Below, piece by piece: positions 12,046 through 23,959 of a stretch of 64,000 nucleotides of DNA (position 1 is its first letter; each line of letters opens with the position of its first letter). A program made the translations under genes and the position numbers. The DNA lies in the NCBI RefSeq assembly GCF_006345805.1, contig NC_042997.1:113646001-113710000 (forward strand). Reading direction: 5' to 3'. This DNA is from Octopus sinensis (lineage: Eukaryota). Below the pieces are notes generated by a model. That model ran no database searches. It was given only the letters and a program-made list of their open reading frames with translations, and was not told the DNA's origin.

Positions 12046-12300
12046 TCATCATCATCATCATCATCGTTTAACGTCCGTTTTCCGCGCTAGCACGGGTTGG
12101 ACGGTTTCGACCGGGGTCTGGGGAGCTCGGGACTGCCCCAGGCTCCAGTCTAGTCTGGCAGTGTTTCTACAGCTGGATGCCCTTCCTAACGCCAACCACT
12201 CCGCGAGTGTAGTGGGTGCTTTTTACGTGCCACCTGCACAGGTGCCAGAGGGGTCTGGCATCGGCCACGTTCGGATGGTGCTTTTTATGTGTGTGGGGGG
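12046..12300 (-). mobile_element. Young family C (RTE 3' end) copy
   Basis: (CAT)n tail; CpG-rich and close to the RTE 3' UTR at 9640-9847. Confidence 0.85.
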
Positions 12301-12545
12301 GTGCAGAAATATAGGGGAGCACCAGTGGGGAGGGGTGGTTCAGAGAAATGATGACAGGTTCTAGGCAAGTAGAATGTAGGATATCGAGAGAGGGGTAATG
12401 CATGGTGAAATAGCGTATTGAAGAGGGGGTTTCGAAGAGTAGACACCTATAATGGTGGTGGGAGAAGCGACATCCGGTATAGATGGAGCAAAATATAGTG
12501 ATATCCGGTATTGGTGGTGGGGGTGGGAGGGCGGGCGCACCGCGC

Positions 12546-13629
12546 ATTGGGAGATGAGGTTTTAGGCGGCAGAAAGAAGACAGGGTTGAGATGAAATGCT
12601 TTGCGGTGGTGTGAATAAGTTTTTGTGAGTGAAAGTTTTTATGCTTCAGCTAGCATTTGAGACGAAAGACAACGATAACGCTATTAGATGGGGATACAAT
12701 AATAATAAGGCTTGCAAAAACAATGAAAAGAGGAAACAGGTCGGGAACTTAGCTGATGTTTTTTCATCCTGCGAAGCGAGTAAAGGTGAGATATATACCG
12801 AGAGAGAGAGAGAAGAGACAGTGAAAACAGAGGGAGAACCGACACCACATAGCGAGAGAGAGAATTGGGAGATGAGGTTTTAGGCGGCAGAAAGAAGACA
12901 GCGTTGAGATGAAATGCTTGCGGTGGTGTGAATAAGTTTTTGTGAGTGAAAGTTTTTATGCTTCAGCTAGCATTTGAGACGAAAGACAACGATAACGCTA
13001 TTAGATGGGGATACAATAATAATAAGGCTTGCAAAAACAATGAAAAGAGGAAACAGGTCGGGAACTTAGCTGATGTTTTTTCATCCTGCGGAAGCGAGTG
13101 AAGGTGAGATATATACCGAGAGAGAGAGAGAGAGAGAGAGACAGTGAAAACAGAGGGAGAACCGACACCACATAGCGAGAGAGAGAATTGGGAGATGAGG
13201 TTTTAGGCGGCAGAAAGAAGACAGGGTTGAGATGAAATGCTTTGCGGTGGTGTGAATAAGTTTTTGTGAGTGAAAGTTTTTATGCTTCAGCTAGCATTTG
13301 AGACGAAAGACAACGATAACGCTATTAGATGGGGATACAATAATAATAAGGCTTGCAAAAACAATGAAAAGAGGAAACAGGTCGGGAACTTAGCTGATGT
13401 TTTTTCATCCTGCGGAAGCGAGTGAAGGTGAGATATATACCGAGAGAGAGAGAGAGAGACAGTGAAAACAGAGGGAGAACCGACACCACATAGCGAGAGA
13501 GAGAATTGGGAGATGAGGTTTTAGGCGGCAGAAAGAAGACAGGGTTGAGATGAAATGCTTTGCGGTGGTGTGAATAAGTTTTTGTGAGTGAAAGTTTTTA
13601 TGCTTCAGCTAGCATTTGAGACGAAAGAT
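12546..13629. repeat. Tandem array of ~320-bp units (about 3.4 copies)
   Basis: Units start at 12546, 12864, 13187 and 13505 (attgggagatgaggttttaggcgg…); nearly identical apart from an internal (GA)n length and single-base changes. Confidence 0.95.
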
Positions 13630-14088
13630 ACGGCATCACAATTCTCTCTCACACACTGTCTTGCAACACGAAATACCTCAAGTCTTTGGTCCTCACGGCT
13701 CAGAACATTGGCAATTCTTTTCTTATCTGCTTCCCCTCTGACTAAAAAAACCTATCTCCTAGCTTCCCTTCTGGCAGTCTGATACAATTTCCTGCTACCA
13801 CCGTTCTTCCAGTCCTTCCAAGCCTATTTCTTTTCTCTAATAGCTCTGTCAACAGCATTGTTCCACCACCACATTATTTTGGGTCGAGAGGGGACTTTGC
13901 ACCATCCACAGACCTGGTCAGTGGCTCTCAGCAGGTTGTACCGTAGAAACCTCCAGTTGTCTTCCACATCATGTGAAGTTATATCTCCTTCTATTTCATC
14001 GAAAGCTTCAAGTAATACATCCCTAAATCTCTGTCCATTCGCAGGGTCCTTAAGCTTTCAAACCCTTCTCCTCCATGCTGGTCGTCTT
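13630..14088 (-). mobile_element. RTE ORF2 fragment (upstream of RT), related subfamily
   Basis: Aligns with 7010-7224 and extends further 5' in the element. Confidence 0.85.
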
Positions 14089-15314
14089 ATATATATAATA
14101 TGTGTGTGCATTTGCATGTGAATTTGTCTGCCAACACCACTTGGCAACCGATGTTGGTGTGTTTACTTTTTTGTAACTTGGTTCAACAAAAAGGAACCAG
14201 AATAGAATAGGTACCACACTTTAAAAAAAAAGTACTGGGGTAGATTCATTCTACTGAAAATCTTTCAAAGTGGTGACCCAGCATGGCTGCAATCTAATGA
14301 CTGAAACAAGTAAAAGATAAAAGACACACACACACACACAACAAGCTTCTTTCAGTTTCCAGTTTCCATCCTACCAAATCCATTCACAAGGATTCGGCCA
14401 GCCAGGGGCTATAGTAGGAGACATTTCCCTAAAATGCCTTGTAATGGGACTGAACCCAAGACCACGTGGCTCAGAAGCAAACTTCTTAACCACGCAGCCA
14501 TGCTTGTGCTTATGTCCACATCTGCATCTTTTAAACACACAAAATATTTACATCATTACAAAACTACACAGAACAGAAAACGAAAAACAAAACCAAGATC
14601 TTCCTCTCTTAGTCATTTCACCAGGATCCAAACAAGAGATGCTTCACTGTGGTTTTGTTTTGACTAAAAAAATGTAGGTGGGGGCTATTACTAGTCTTTT
14701 ACTTCGTTCCTGCTCTTTTTTAAAAGCATGAATGAACAAAATATTGGCTCATTTATCCCAATTATTCCTCACTAATGCCAAGAAAGAAGAGAAAGAAAAT
14801 ATTTTAAAGAGATATCAAAATTGAGGCTGAAGGGTGTTTTCTTTTTTTATTTGTGTGATGGGGGTGGTGTAGTTTTGTAGGTTTTTTCTTGTTAACTTTT
14901 ATTTCTTTTTCCTTTTTTATTTCTCCTGTGATTTTCAAAATGGCCACTGCTGTAAATAGAAGCAGAATTGTGGACTGTTTTTTAACTTCCTCCTAAACAG
15001 CGAGCCAGGTCAAGGCCAAACAACCATATGTGCGTGTGTTTAAAGAGGTGTATATGTGTGTACATGCGTATGTACATGTATATATATGTGTGTGTGTATG
15101 CATATATATATATATGTATGTATATTGATTACAAGTATAGCAATCAGATTGAAAAGGTAATCATGTTCATGAGCTGTGGGGGAAATAAATAGAAAATATA
15201 ATAGTCATAATAATAACAGAAATACAATTAAGCTAAAAGTACAGTGGAGGGTGAATATGAGAGTTGAATGATGGAATTTCAATATTATATATTCTAATGA
15301 TTTTGAAATTGGAT

Positions 15315-15317
<3 letters not shown>

Positions 15318-15397
<80 letters not shown>

Positions 15398-15425
15398 CTT
15401 TCCTCTTTCTTTCTTTCTTTCTTTC
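15318..15425. repeat. (CT)n/(CTTT)n microsatellite
   Basis: Direct reading. Confidence 0.95.
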
Positions 15426-15839
15426 AGGAAGATGGAAGCTGAGGGTTTGCAGAACACTCACTTAACCATTCTATAATTTGTTGTTTGTTTTATTTTAATG
15501 GCTCCAAAAACATCAGTTTATTTTCTGAAATAGATAGTGCCATTGAAAATACAGAGAGAGAAAGGTTATCAACTGTTTTATTTTCTTTGTTTTGCCATAA
15601 TAATGCAGTCTTCCTTGATGCTAATTTGACAGTAACTCAACTTAAAGGTCTGTGAAAAATAATGTCAAAACTGCTTTCAGTACAGTGCAGATAGAGTTTT
15701 ACTATTTACAAGCACTTTGGGGGAAGAAATGGTGAAAAGGAAGGAGGCATGACATCAGGTCATTGAGATCCACTGGTTTGAATGCAATAACATAATGCCA
15801 TATAATTGCTTTGAATTTATTAAAAATGTATGTGTTTAC

Positions 15840-15882
<43 letters not shown>

Positions 15883-16150
15883 ACACCCACTGCTGTCATT
15901 CAATACACAAGCTCACAAGGCTGTTCTATAGCTGGAATAAGTATTGTCCATTGTCCGGATATTTGGCTTAAGAGAAAGACAAAGAATAATCTTGTGGCTT
16001 AGTGGCTTTTTGATTGGTTACTTAGTTACAGTAGTATGTGTGTGTGTATGTGTACTCGCCCACTCATTATCTGTGTTTGTATGCATGTCATTTAGTGTCC
16101 GTTTTCCATGCTGGCATGAATTGTGTGTACGTGTGTGTATATATATATAT

Positions 16151-16558
16151 AGGCGCAGGAGTGGCTGTGTGGTAAGTAGCTTGCTTACCAGCCATATGGT
16201 TCTGGGTTCAGTCCCACTGCGTGGCACCTTGGGCAAGTGTCTTCTATAGCTTCGGGCCGAGGCTATAGCCTTGTGAGTGGATTTGGTAGATGGAAACTGA
16301 AAGAAGCCCGTCGTATATATGTATATGTATATATGTGTGTGTTTGTGTGTCTGTGTTTGTCGCCTCCCCCCCCCCGTCCCCAACATTGCTTGACAACCAA
16401 TGCTGTTGTGTTTACGTCCCTGTAACTTAGCGGTTCAGCAAAAGAGACCGATAGAATAAGTACTAGGCTTACAAAGAATAAGTCCTGGGGTCGATTTACT
16501 CGACTAAAGGCAGTGCTCCAGCATGGCTGCAGTCAAATGACTGAAACAAGTAAAAGAG
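16151..16558 (+). mobile_element. SINE family A, well-preserved full-length copy inserted in (TA)n
   Basis: A-box tggctgtgtgg, B-box-like gggttcagtcc, CpGs intact, (TA)n on both sides. Confidence 0.9.
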
Positions 16559-16589
16559 TATATATATATATATATTATATATATATATA

Positions 16590-16800
16590 TACACACAATG
16601 CAGCACGGACTTTGTCAGTGAACAGGTCGCGGATTTTAGCGATGAAAATATTTTGACAAATTAAACTTAAATGTTGGAGTGAACCGAACGGCTTTTGTGT
16701 GTTTCTTAAATGGCTTATAAATCCACGCTGCAATTGTTTTCGTTTCAGCACATGATCTCAGATCAAATTACTTGCTATGCGAGTACATCTCCGTAAATAT
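16590..16800 (+). mobile_element. Short HHR-bearing element (Penelope-like terminus) in (TA)n
   Basis: About 210 bp between (TA)n tracts; contains the HHR fold below. The PLE affinity is an inference. Confidence 0.5.
16611..16660 (+). ncRNA. Minimal type-I hammerhead ribozyme, G3:C8 core variant
   Basis: Stem I TTTGTCA/TGACAAA; core GTGAACA; one extra G; stem II GTCGC/GCGAT; GAA; palindromic stem III AATATT; H17=U. Confidence 0.65.
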
Positions 16801-16806
16801 ATATAT

Positions 16807-17193
16807 ACTAGCAGTATCGCCCAGCGTTGCTCAGGTTTGTAAGGGAAATAACTATAAAGCATTTTTAGAGAGTTATAGCCAAAAAATAGCAAAAAAATGG
16901 GGAAAAAATGATGGTAAATTTTTTTTTGAGATTTAAAAAAGGTGGAGTTGCGTCCCCTAGACAGTTTGTGGTTCGTGTTTCTGATTCTCGACCCCATGTA
17001 GAATTTATCGATTTTTTTAAGAACTGGGGGAACTTTTCAAAATTTTCGCTGCGTTAGTTTTGAATTATGACATTGGGCTATGTGTGTGTCAAGTTTCATC
17101 AGAATCGGTTGAAAGCCGTGGTCAGGGTGAGGGTACAAGCAAACAGACACACAGAAACACGCACAGACAAACTGCCGTTTATATAGAGAGAGA
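16807..17193 (+). mobile_element. Non-autonomous Helitron/Helentron-like element (DINE-1/HINE-like)
   Basis: Starts actagcagtatcgccc…; aagtttcatcagaatcggttga block; (ACAG/ACAC) subterminal repeat; ends …gtttatatagagag; inserted in an AT run. Confidence 0.55.
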
Positions 17194-17362
17194 TATATAT
17201 ATATATATATTTTGTGAAATAGAAAGATGAATAATCTTGTTGCAGATTAATCAAAAGTTTAACCGATACCTTGGTAGCAAAAATCACAGCAGAAGACAGC
17301 ACGGTTGGAGGTACAACCATATGGTGTTGCAACCGTGTGTTGGTGCGGATAATTGAATTTTA

Positions 17363-17502
17363 ATATTATTAGTGAATTGAAGAAATGGAGTTGAACGAAG
17401 ATTGAACAGAAATCGTTTTATTGCATAAAACGATTTCTGTTCAACGATTGCATAAAACGATTTCTGTTCAATCTTCGTTCAACTCCATTTCTTCAATTCA
17501 CT

Positions 17503-17510
<8 letters not shown>
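17363..17510. repeat. Perfect 58-bp inverted repeat with internal duplication
   Basis: 17363-17420 is the exact reverse complement of 17453-17510; ttgcataaaacgatttctgttcaa occurs twice. Confidence 0.95.
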
Positions 17511-17546
<36 letters not shown>

Positions 17547-18318
17547 GTATATATATATGTATATATATATGTATATATATGTATATATGTATGTATATAT
17601 GTATGTATATATGTATGTATATATGTATGTATATATGTATGTATATATGTATGTATATATATATGTATATATGTATATATATATGTATATATGTATATGT
17701 ATATATATATGTATATGTATATATATATATGTATATGTATATATATATGTATATGTATATATATATGTATATGTATATATATATGTATATGTATATATAT
17801 ATGTATATGTATATATATATATGTATATATATATGTATGTATATATATATGTATATGTATATATATATGTATATGTATATATATGATATATATGTATATA
17901 TGTATATATATATATATGTATATGTATATATATGTATATGTATATATATGTATATATATATATATGTGTATATATATATATATATATGTGTATATATATA
18001 TATGTGTGTATATATATATATGTGTATATATATATATATATGTGTGTATATATATATATATATATGTGTATATATATATATATGTGTGTATATATATATA
18101 TATATGTGTGTATATATATATATATGTGTGTATATATATGTATATATGTGTATATATATGTATATATGTGTATATATATGTATATATGTGTATATATATG
18201 TATATGTGTATATATATATGTATATATGTGTATATATATGTATATATGTGTATATATATATATATATGTGTGTGTATATATATGTATGTATATATGTCTA
18301 TATATATATATATATATA
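17505..18318. repeat. ~810-bp compound (TA)/(TATG)/(TGTA) array with zoned higher-order periods
   Basis: Direct reading; generates the YIYI and MYMY ORFs. Confidence 0.97.
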
Positions 18319-18889
18319 AACTTCAATATGAATAGAAGATTGATTCTAATTATTAGAAGTTGTTAATTTCAATTTGAGACTTCACAAGTCTAATTTATTA
18401 CAGTAGGTGTAAAATTATTAATTACATCCAGAAAGCAATATTTTTCTCTCCTCCTTCTGCTTCCAATAAATAGCACTTCCAGATTATTTTCTCATTCTTG
18501 TTCTGTTAATTTGAGTCCAAAGTTGATTTTTACCTTTCACCCATCTGAGGGTTGACAAAATAAGAATCACTTCAATTACTGGGTTAACCTTTATTATTAT
18601 TAATGCTGTGATTGAGAAGACCCGGCAAGTAAAGTGAGATCACAGCCATAGCCTACATCAGTGTCACATAAGCAGCCCATTTAAAAAGTATCTTTGGACC
18701 TTTGGGCAACACGCTGTGCTTGTGAGTCAGGTAAAATAAAAATAAAAAATCAAATCAAAATCAAAATGGAAATTGTAGTTGTGGCTGATGCCAGTGCCAC
18801 CTGACTGGCTGCCTGTGCCGGTAGCATGTAAAAAGCACCATCAAACGTAGCTGATGCCAGTGCTGCCTGACTGGCTCCTGTTATTGTTT

Positions 18890-19149
18890 GTTCCTTCTCA
18901 AGCCATGGCTGGCTCATAAGGGCCGGTTTCTTGGCATATAGGTTCCCCACCTGGACGGGACACCGGTCCATCACAGGTGAGCTGCAAGATGCAGGAGGAA
19001 AGAGTGAGAGAAAGTTGTGGCGAAAGAGTCAGTCGCGTGGAGCTTAGGTATTTCGCTCATAAACACACACATCGTCCGGTCTGAGATTTGAACCTGCGAT
19101 CCCTCGACTGCGAGTCTGCTGCTCTAACCACTAGGTCATGTGCCTCTAC
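18890..19149 (-). mobile_element. tRNA-headed SINE (family E)
   Basis: Reverse complement head …cacatgacctagtggttagagc…caggttcaaatctcagacc with A and B boxes. Confidence 0.75.
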
Positions 19150-19249
19150 ACTGGCTGGTGTACACGTAAAAAGCATCCACTACACTCTTGGAGTGGTTGG
19201 CGTTATGGAAGGACATACAGCTGTAGAAATATTGCCAGATAAGTGAAGG

Positions 19250-19483
19250 TGGCAAGATGACAGAAATATTAGCATGCCGGGTGAAATGCTTAGAGGTATT
19301 TCGTCTGCTGTTATGTTCTGAGTTCAAATTCCACAGAGGTCGACTTAGCCTTTTATCCTTTCAGGGTCGATAAATTAAGTACCAGTTATGCACTGGTGTC
19401 AATGTAATTGACTTAATCCCTTTGTCTGTCCTTGTTTGTCCCCTCTATGTTTAACCCCTTGTGGGCAATAAAGAAATAAGAAA
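19250..19483 (+). mobile_element. SINE family B
   Basis: Family B head, core and tail. Confidence 0.85.
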
Positions 19484-19829
19484 CATTGCCAGATCAGACT
19501 GGAGCCTGGTACGGCTTCCTGGCTTGCCAGTCCCCAGTCAAACTGTCCACCCCATGCCATCATAGAAACCGGACATTAAATGATGATGAAGATATTATTA
19601 TTATTACTATTATTATTATTAAGTCTTTACTTCTGAGTTCAAATCTCACTAAGGTTGACTTTGCCTTTCATCCTTCCTGAATCAATAAAGTAAGCACCAA
19701 CTGGGCACAGGGAGTGGGGGGTCCAACCGACCCTCCTCCCTCAAAATTTCAATTTCAGGTTTTGTGCCTTCAGTAGAAAGAATGTGTTTTTTTTTGTTTT
19801 TTTTTTAATGTTCAAAGGATTTGTCTGCA

Positions 19830-20400
19830 ATGTTCTCTTCTCAATATGTGTAGGATGATGATAGTTGAGCTGAGTCAATGGGGGTGGCCTTCTTTGGGAA
19901 TGGGACTAAAACATAAAGATCAGGGTAGATGCCTAGAGAACGAGTGAGTGAAAAGTTTAATGAGTATAAGAGTTAGCTCTAAGGTTGTGTTTGTGTGTGA
20001 TGGAAGGAATATTGTCAGGGTCAGTGGCCTTGATGGTTTAAAGCAGGAGCTCCCAACTTTTTAGACCATCAACCCCTTCATGGAATCCTTGACCCTACAT
20101 CGACTCCCCCCAGGTATGTACAAAAATAATTATAATTAGGTAGGTGTCCATCTATTGACCGCTTGAATTGTCCCAGCAACCACTTTGGAGACCCCCTAGT
20201 TTAAAGCAACTGAAGATATTTTAGTATTTGATGTGTGCCTGGTGGAGTGGAAAGAGATAGATTTTAGAGACTTTCCAAGAGGTGGATGATGGCAGCAAAC
20301 ATAGAGGCTTTCTCCATGGGAGTTACACCTCAACGGAGGTACTGCTGGTCATCAAGCCATTATTGTTGGAGAATGGAGGAAAAGATTTTGTGAAAGTGAT
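19830..20400 (-). pseudogene. Old CR1/L2-like RT fragment interrupted by a hAT MITE
   Basis: Minus strand reads KATDPDNIP near 20005-20035, resembling KATGPDGIP; otherwise heavily decayed. Confidence 0.4.
20044..20198. mobile_element. 155-bp hAT-type MITE
   Basis: Ends caggagctcc…ggagaccccta; perfect 8-bp TSD GTTTAAAG (20036-20043 and 20199-20206). Confidence 0.8.
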
Positions 20401-20914
20401 GTCCTTTCAGGGTCGATAAGTTAAGTACCAGTTATGCACTGGGGTTGATGTAATCAACTTAATCCCTTTGTCTGTCCTTGTTTGTCCCCTCTATGTTTAG
20501 CCCCTTGTGGGTAATAAAGAAATAAGATGCTTTCTTTCATTTTTCTTTTTTTTACCGTTGGTTACAATAGTGATACTAAACCCCTAAATGGTTTACAATA
20601 AAGTTTGAGATCTAAAATATATTTTGTTTTATACAATTAATGCCATTTATATTTTGTTAAAAACAAAGGATTAGAGCTTATCTCTTGCTTTTAACCTTTA
20701 CCTATAACCTTCATGGATTTGTGAAAGAGAGCAACAGAAGAAAAGAAAGCTAGAAGGATAAAGACAGAGAGGGATAAAGAGAGATGGACATTTAGGCAGA
20801 AATAAATGTTTAAGTAATACATGCTTTTAAAAGTGAATGAATAAGTGAATGGAAAATGGAGAGAAAAGAATTGTCCAAAATGGAAAATAAAGCCATGAAT
20901 TATCATCAGTATCA

Positions 20915-21290
20915 TCATCATCATTTAACATGTGTCTTCCATGCTGTTATGAGTTGGATGGTTTGATAGGATCCAGTGAGCCAGAAGACTGCATCAAGTC
21001 CCAATATCTGGTTTGGCATGGTTTCTATGGCTGGGTTCCCTTCCTAATACCAGTCTTTAGCACCCAGTGGGTGCTGTTTACGTGGCACTGGGACTGGTGA
21101 GGTCACCAGGTAATTCACAAGACAAAGAAAACCACCCGATGACTGAATGGGGTTGCTGTAGAGAGGAGGGGCGACTTTATAGCAAGTGTTGAGATGCCAA
21201 GGTATGATAGAGGTGCAGGCCTGGGTGGCTTGATATGGAGAAGATACATGGCTACCCCTTTTATAGATCTGAAAAGGAGCAAAAAGGAAG
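20915..21290 (-). mobile_element. Long family C repeat
   Basis: (CAT)n tail, cccttcctaat core, GA-rich extension. Confidence 0.65.
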
Positions 21291-22362
21291 AGCCAGAGAA
21301 TGAACTTGTACCAAACTTATCATTGAAGACAATTCTTTAGAAGTCTTTGATCTAGAAAGCATATTCTGTTAGTGAAAACGAAATGGAAGAATTTATTACT
21401 ATAATTCTGAATATGGATTTGGTCTCCAAACAAATGAATAAAGTTCTATAAGTCACATCAATCAATATCGTAGGAAATATTCTGAGCTGATTGATTGATT
21501 GATTTAGATTTGTAGTTTCTTCTTAAATCCATTTGTATGTTAAGATTATCTTTGCTGCAGAATGCAGTTTGTGTGTCAGTGTTTGCTACAATTATGGACT
21601 ACGTACATACTATAACCTGTAGAACGCCCACACAAACAAGTCAACAGAAGGAGCGTCTATAGGGTCATTTGATCTGTTAGAAATAGCAGCTAAACCTCCC
21701 TCACATCACACCTTAGCAGACAGATTAGATAATGTGGTAATGGGTTCCCTGCTCACAGGAAAATAATGAGACAGTCATGGATGGAAGGTCGGAGTGTCTT
21801 TGATCATAAGTCTGCTCAACTAGGAGTGACCTTGGTTTAAACAACAATAACCACATCGTGACAGTGTAGTATTGAAAGAGAAAGTGTTTAAATGTACAAG
21901 AAACAGTTTATTGCTGCAAAACACACACACACACACATAATGTGTGTGTGTGTGTGCACTCATTGCCTGCAGCATGATAATACCTACCAACATTCAAACA
22001 TATCTTATAGCACTACTGCAACACATGCACACACACACTCATTGCCTGCAACTCTATGCACAATCACGCCTTGTAGACATATCCACAACACACCAAACCA
22101 CTCCTACTACAAAACACATACACATGCACACACTTGCCCATTCATATACATGCAATCACACACACACATAAATTGTCTGCAATAACCTACGCAGTCACAC
22201 TGCACTGTCACCACTGCAACACAAACTGCTTTAATTTTCTGTAACAAATTTTTTTAGTTGCCTGACTAATACAGGCCTCTAACCATGACCAACCACCCTG
22301 GCCTATTTCTACCATATTTATCATAATCAGTCCTTAGTCATCCAATATATTCAACCATTTTA

Positions 22363-22590
22363 AGGCAGCAAACTGGCAGAAATGTTAGCACGCCGGGCAA
22401 AATGCTTAGCGGTATTTCATCTGCCTTTACGTTCTGAGTTCAAATTCCACCTAGGTCAACTTTGCCTTTCATCCTTTCGGGGTTCGGGGACGATGAATTA
22501 AGTACCAGTTACATCCTGGCCTAATCTAATTGACTGGCTCTCTCCCCCAAAATTTCAGGCCTTGTACCTAGAGTAGAAAAGAATATATTC
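22363..22590 (+). mobile_element. SINE family B
   Basis: Family B head and core. Confidence 0.85.
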
Positions 22591-22624
22591 AACCATTTTT
22601 TAAAGATAGTTAGAGTGACATATC

Positions 22625-22990
22625 TTTTACTTATTTCAGTCACTAAACTGTGGCCATGCTGGGGCACCACCTTAAAGAATTTGGGTCGAATGAATCAACT
22701 CCAGTAATTATTTTTTTCTTTTAAGCCTGTTACTCTTTTGCTGAATGGCTAAGTTACACACTAACACCGGTTATCAAGCATTGGTGAGGGACACATACAA
22801 AGGCACATACACACACACACATATATATATAGAGATGTGATGGGCGTCTTTTGATTTCCATCTACCACTCACAAAGCTTTGGTCAGCCTAAGGGTATAGT
22901 AGAAGGCACTTGCCCAAGGTGCCATGCAGAGGGACTGAACCCAGAACCATGCGGTTGGGGAAGAAACTTCTCAGCACACAGCCATGCTTG
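22625..22990 (-). mobile_element. SINE family A
   Basis: Full-length reverse complement copy. Confidence 0.8.
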
Positions 22991-23112
22991 AGTTGCTATT
23001 TCTAAAAGGTGAATCCAGTTGACGATATGGCTTTGATGTTGAGCCCCTCAGAATCTCAAACATATTCTGAGGTCTGAAGGAATCACAGCACTCACCACTA
23101 TATACTGCTGCT

Positions 23113-23655
23113 GGAGCTAATGCTGTTTCACATCTCTCCTTGAAAAATCCTTTTTTTTTTTTTGAAAATATTTTTTTCAGATTCCTACATTTTAGATGTC
23201 AGAGATTACGAAGATGCAAAACAAAAAAAAATACTTTTTTATCTCCCCCCCTCTCCCCATTTAACATTTTGATTTTGTTTACTTTAAAGAAATCGTAGCG
23301 AATTGACGAACATATGCAAATCGAAATTAAATCCAGACAAAAACATTAAAGTGAAAAGAATTTGCATTTTGCTTGTGTTTATAATCGTAAATAATAATTT
23401 AATGTAAATTAAATATGCACCATTTTATGAGAAACAAATATTAATGTTTAACAATTAAAATTATAAAGTTTAATAAGGAGCTTAAATTTCATCCCCTCCC
23501 CCAATTTTAAATTTTGAACTTTTTCATCCATTTATTTATTTGTCTGTCTATCTATTTATCCCTGTCCGTTTATTCATAAAATATATTTGTCAACTAAATG
23601 TGGCGGTTCTATAGAAGACGGTGTTACTGCTGTTTTTAGCCCCAGGAAGACATTC

Positions 23656-23689
<34 letters not shown>

Positions 23690-23959
23690 CTTTATACATA
23701 TATTTATATGCTTATTGAATTTAAAAGTTTGAAAACGTGGTTTCTTGTATATTCGGAATCTCTGTCATCTAAAACACAGGAAAAAAAAAGTTTCGGAAAA
23801 AGTTCAAAATTTTAAATTGGGGTGGTGTGAGGGAGAAACTTTAAAAAAAATTTTTTTTTGCATATTCATAATCTCTGACATCTAAAATGTAGGAATCCGA
23901 CAAAATATTTTCAAAAACAATGCATTTTTCAAGGAGAGGTGTGAAACTGCATTAGCCCC
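23113..23959. mobile_element. ~850-bp non-autonomous DNA transposon with ~115-bp TIRs
   Basis: ggagctaatgctgtttcacatctctccttgaaaaat…ttcctacattttagatgtcagagatta is mirrored at 23860-23959; flanks ctgctgct/ctgttgcc (6/8 match). Confidence 0.85.

Noticed and set aside
12546-13629. Regular repeat array as a possible CRISPR
   Set aside because: The 320-bp units are contiguous with no unique spacers, and the context is eukaryotic with no cas genes.
17493-18366. Long YIYI/MYMY ORFs in several frames
   Set aside because: TA/TATG arrays lack stop codons by composition. The same applies to 3428-3677, 33424-34230, 47161-47493 and 62294-63241.
19075-19149. tRNA-like sequences here and at 30036, 42165-42235, 46298 and all SINE A/B heads
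   Set aside because: Acceptor stems do not close and each continues into repeat bodies; these are SINE heads, not tRNA genes.
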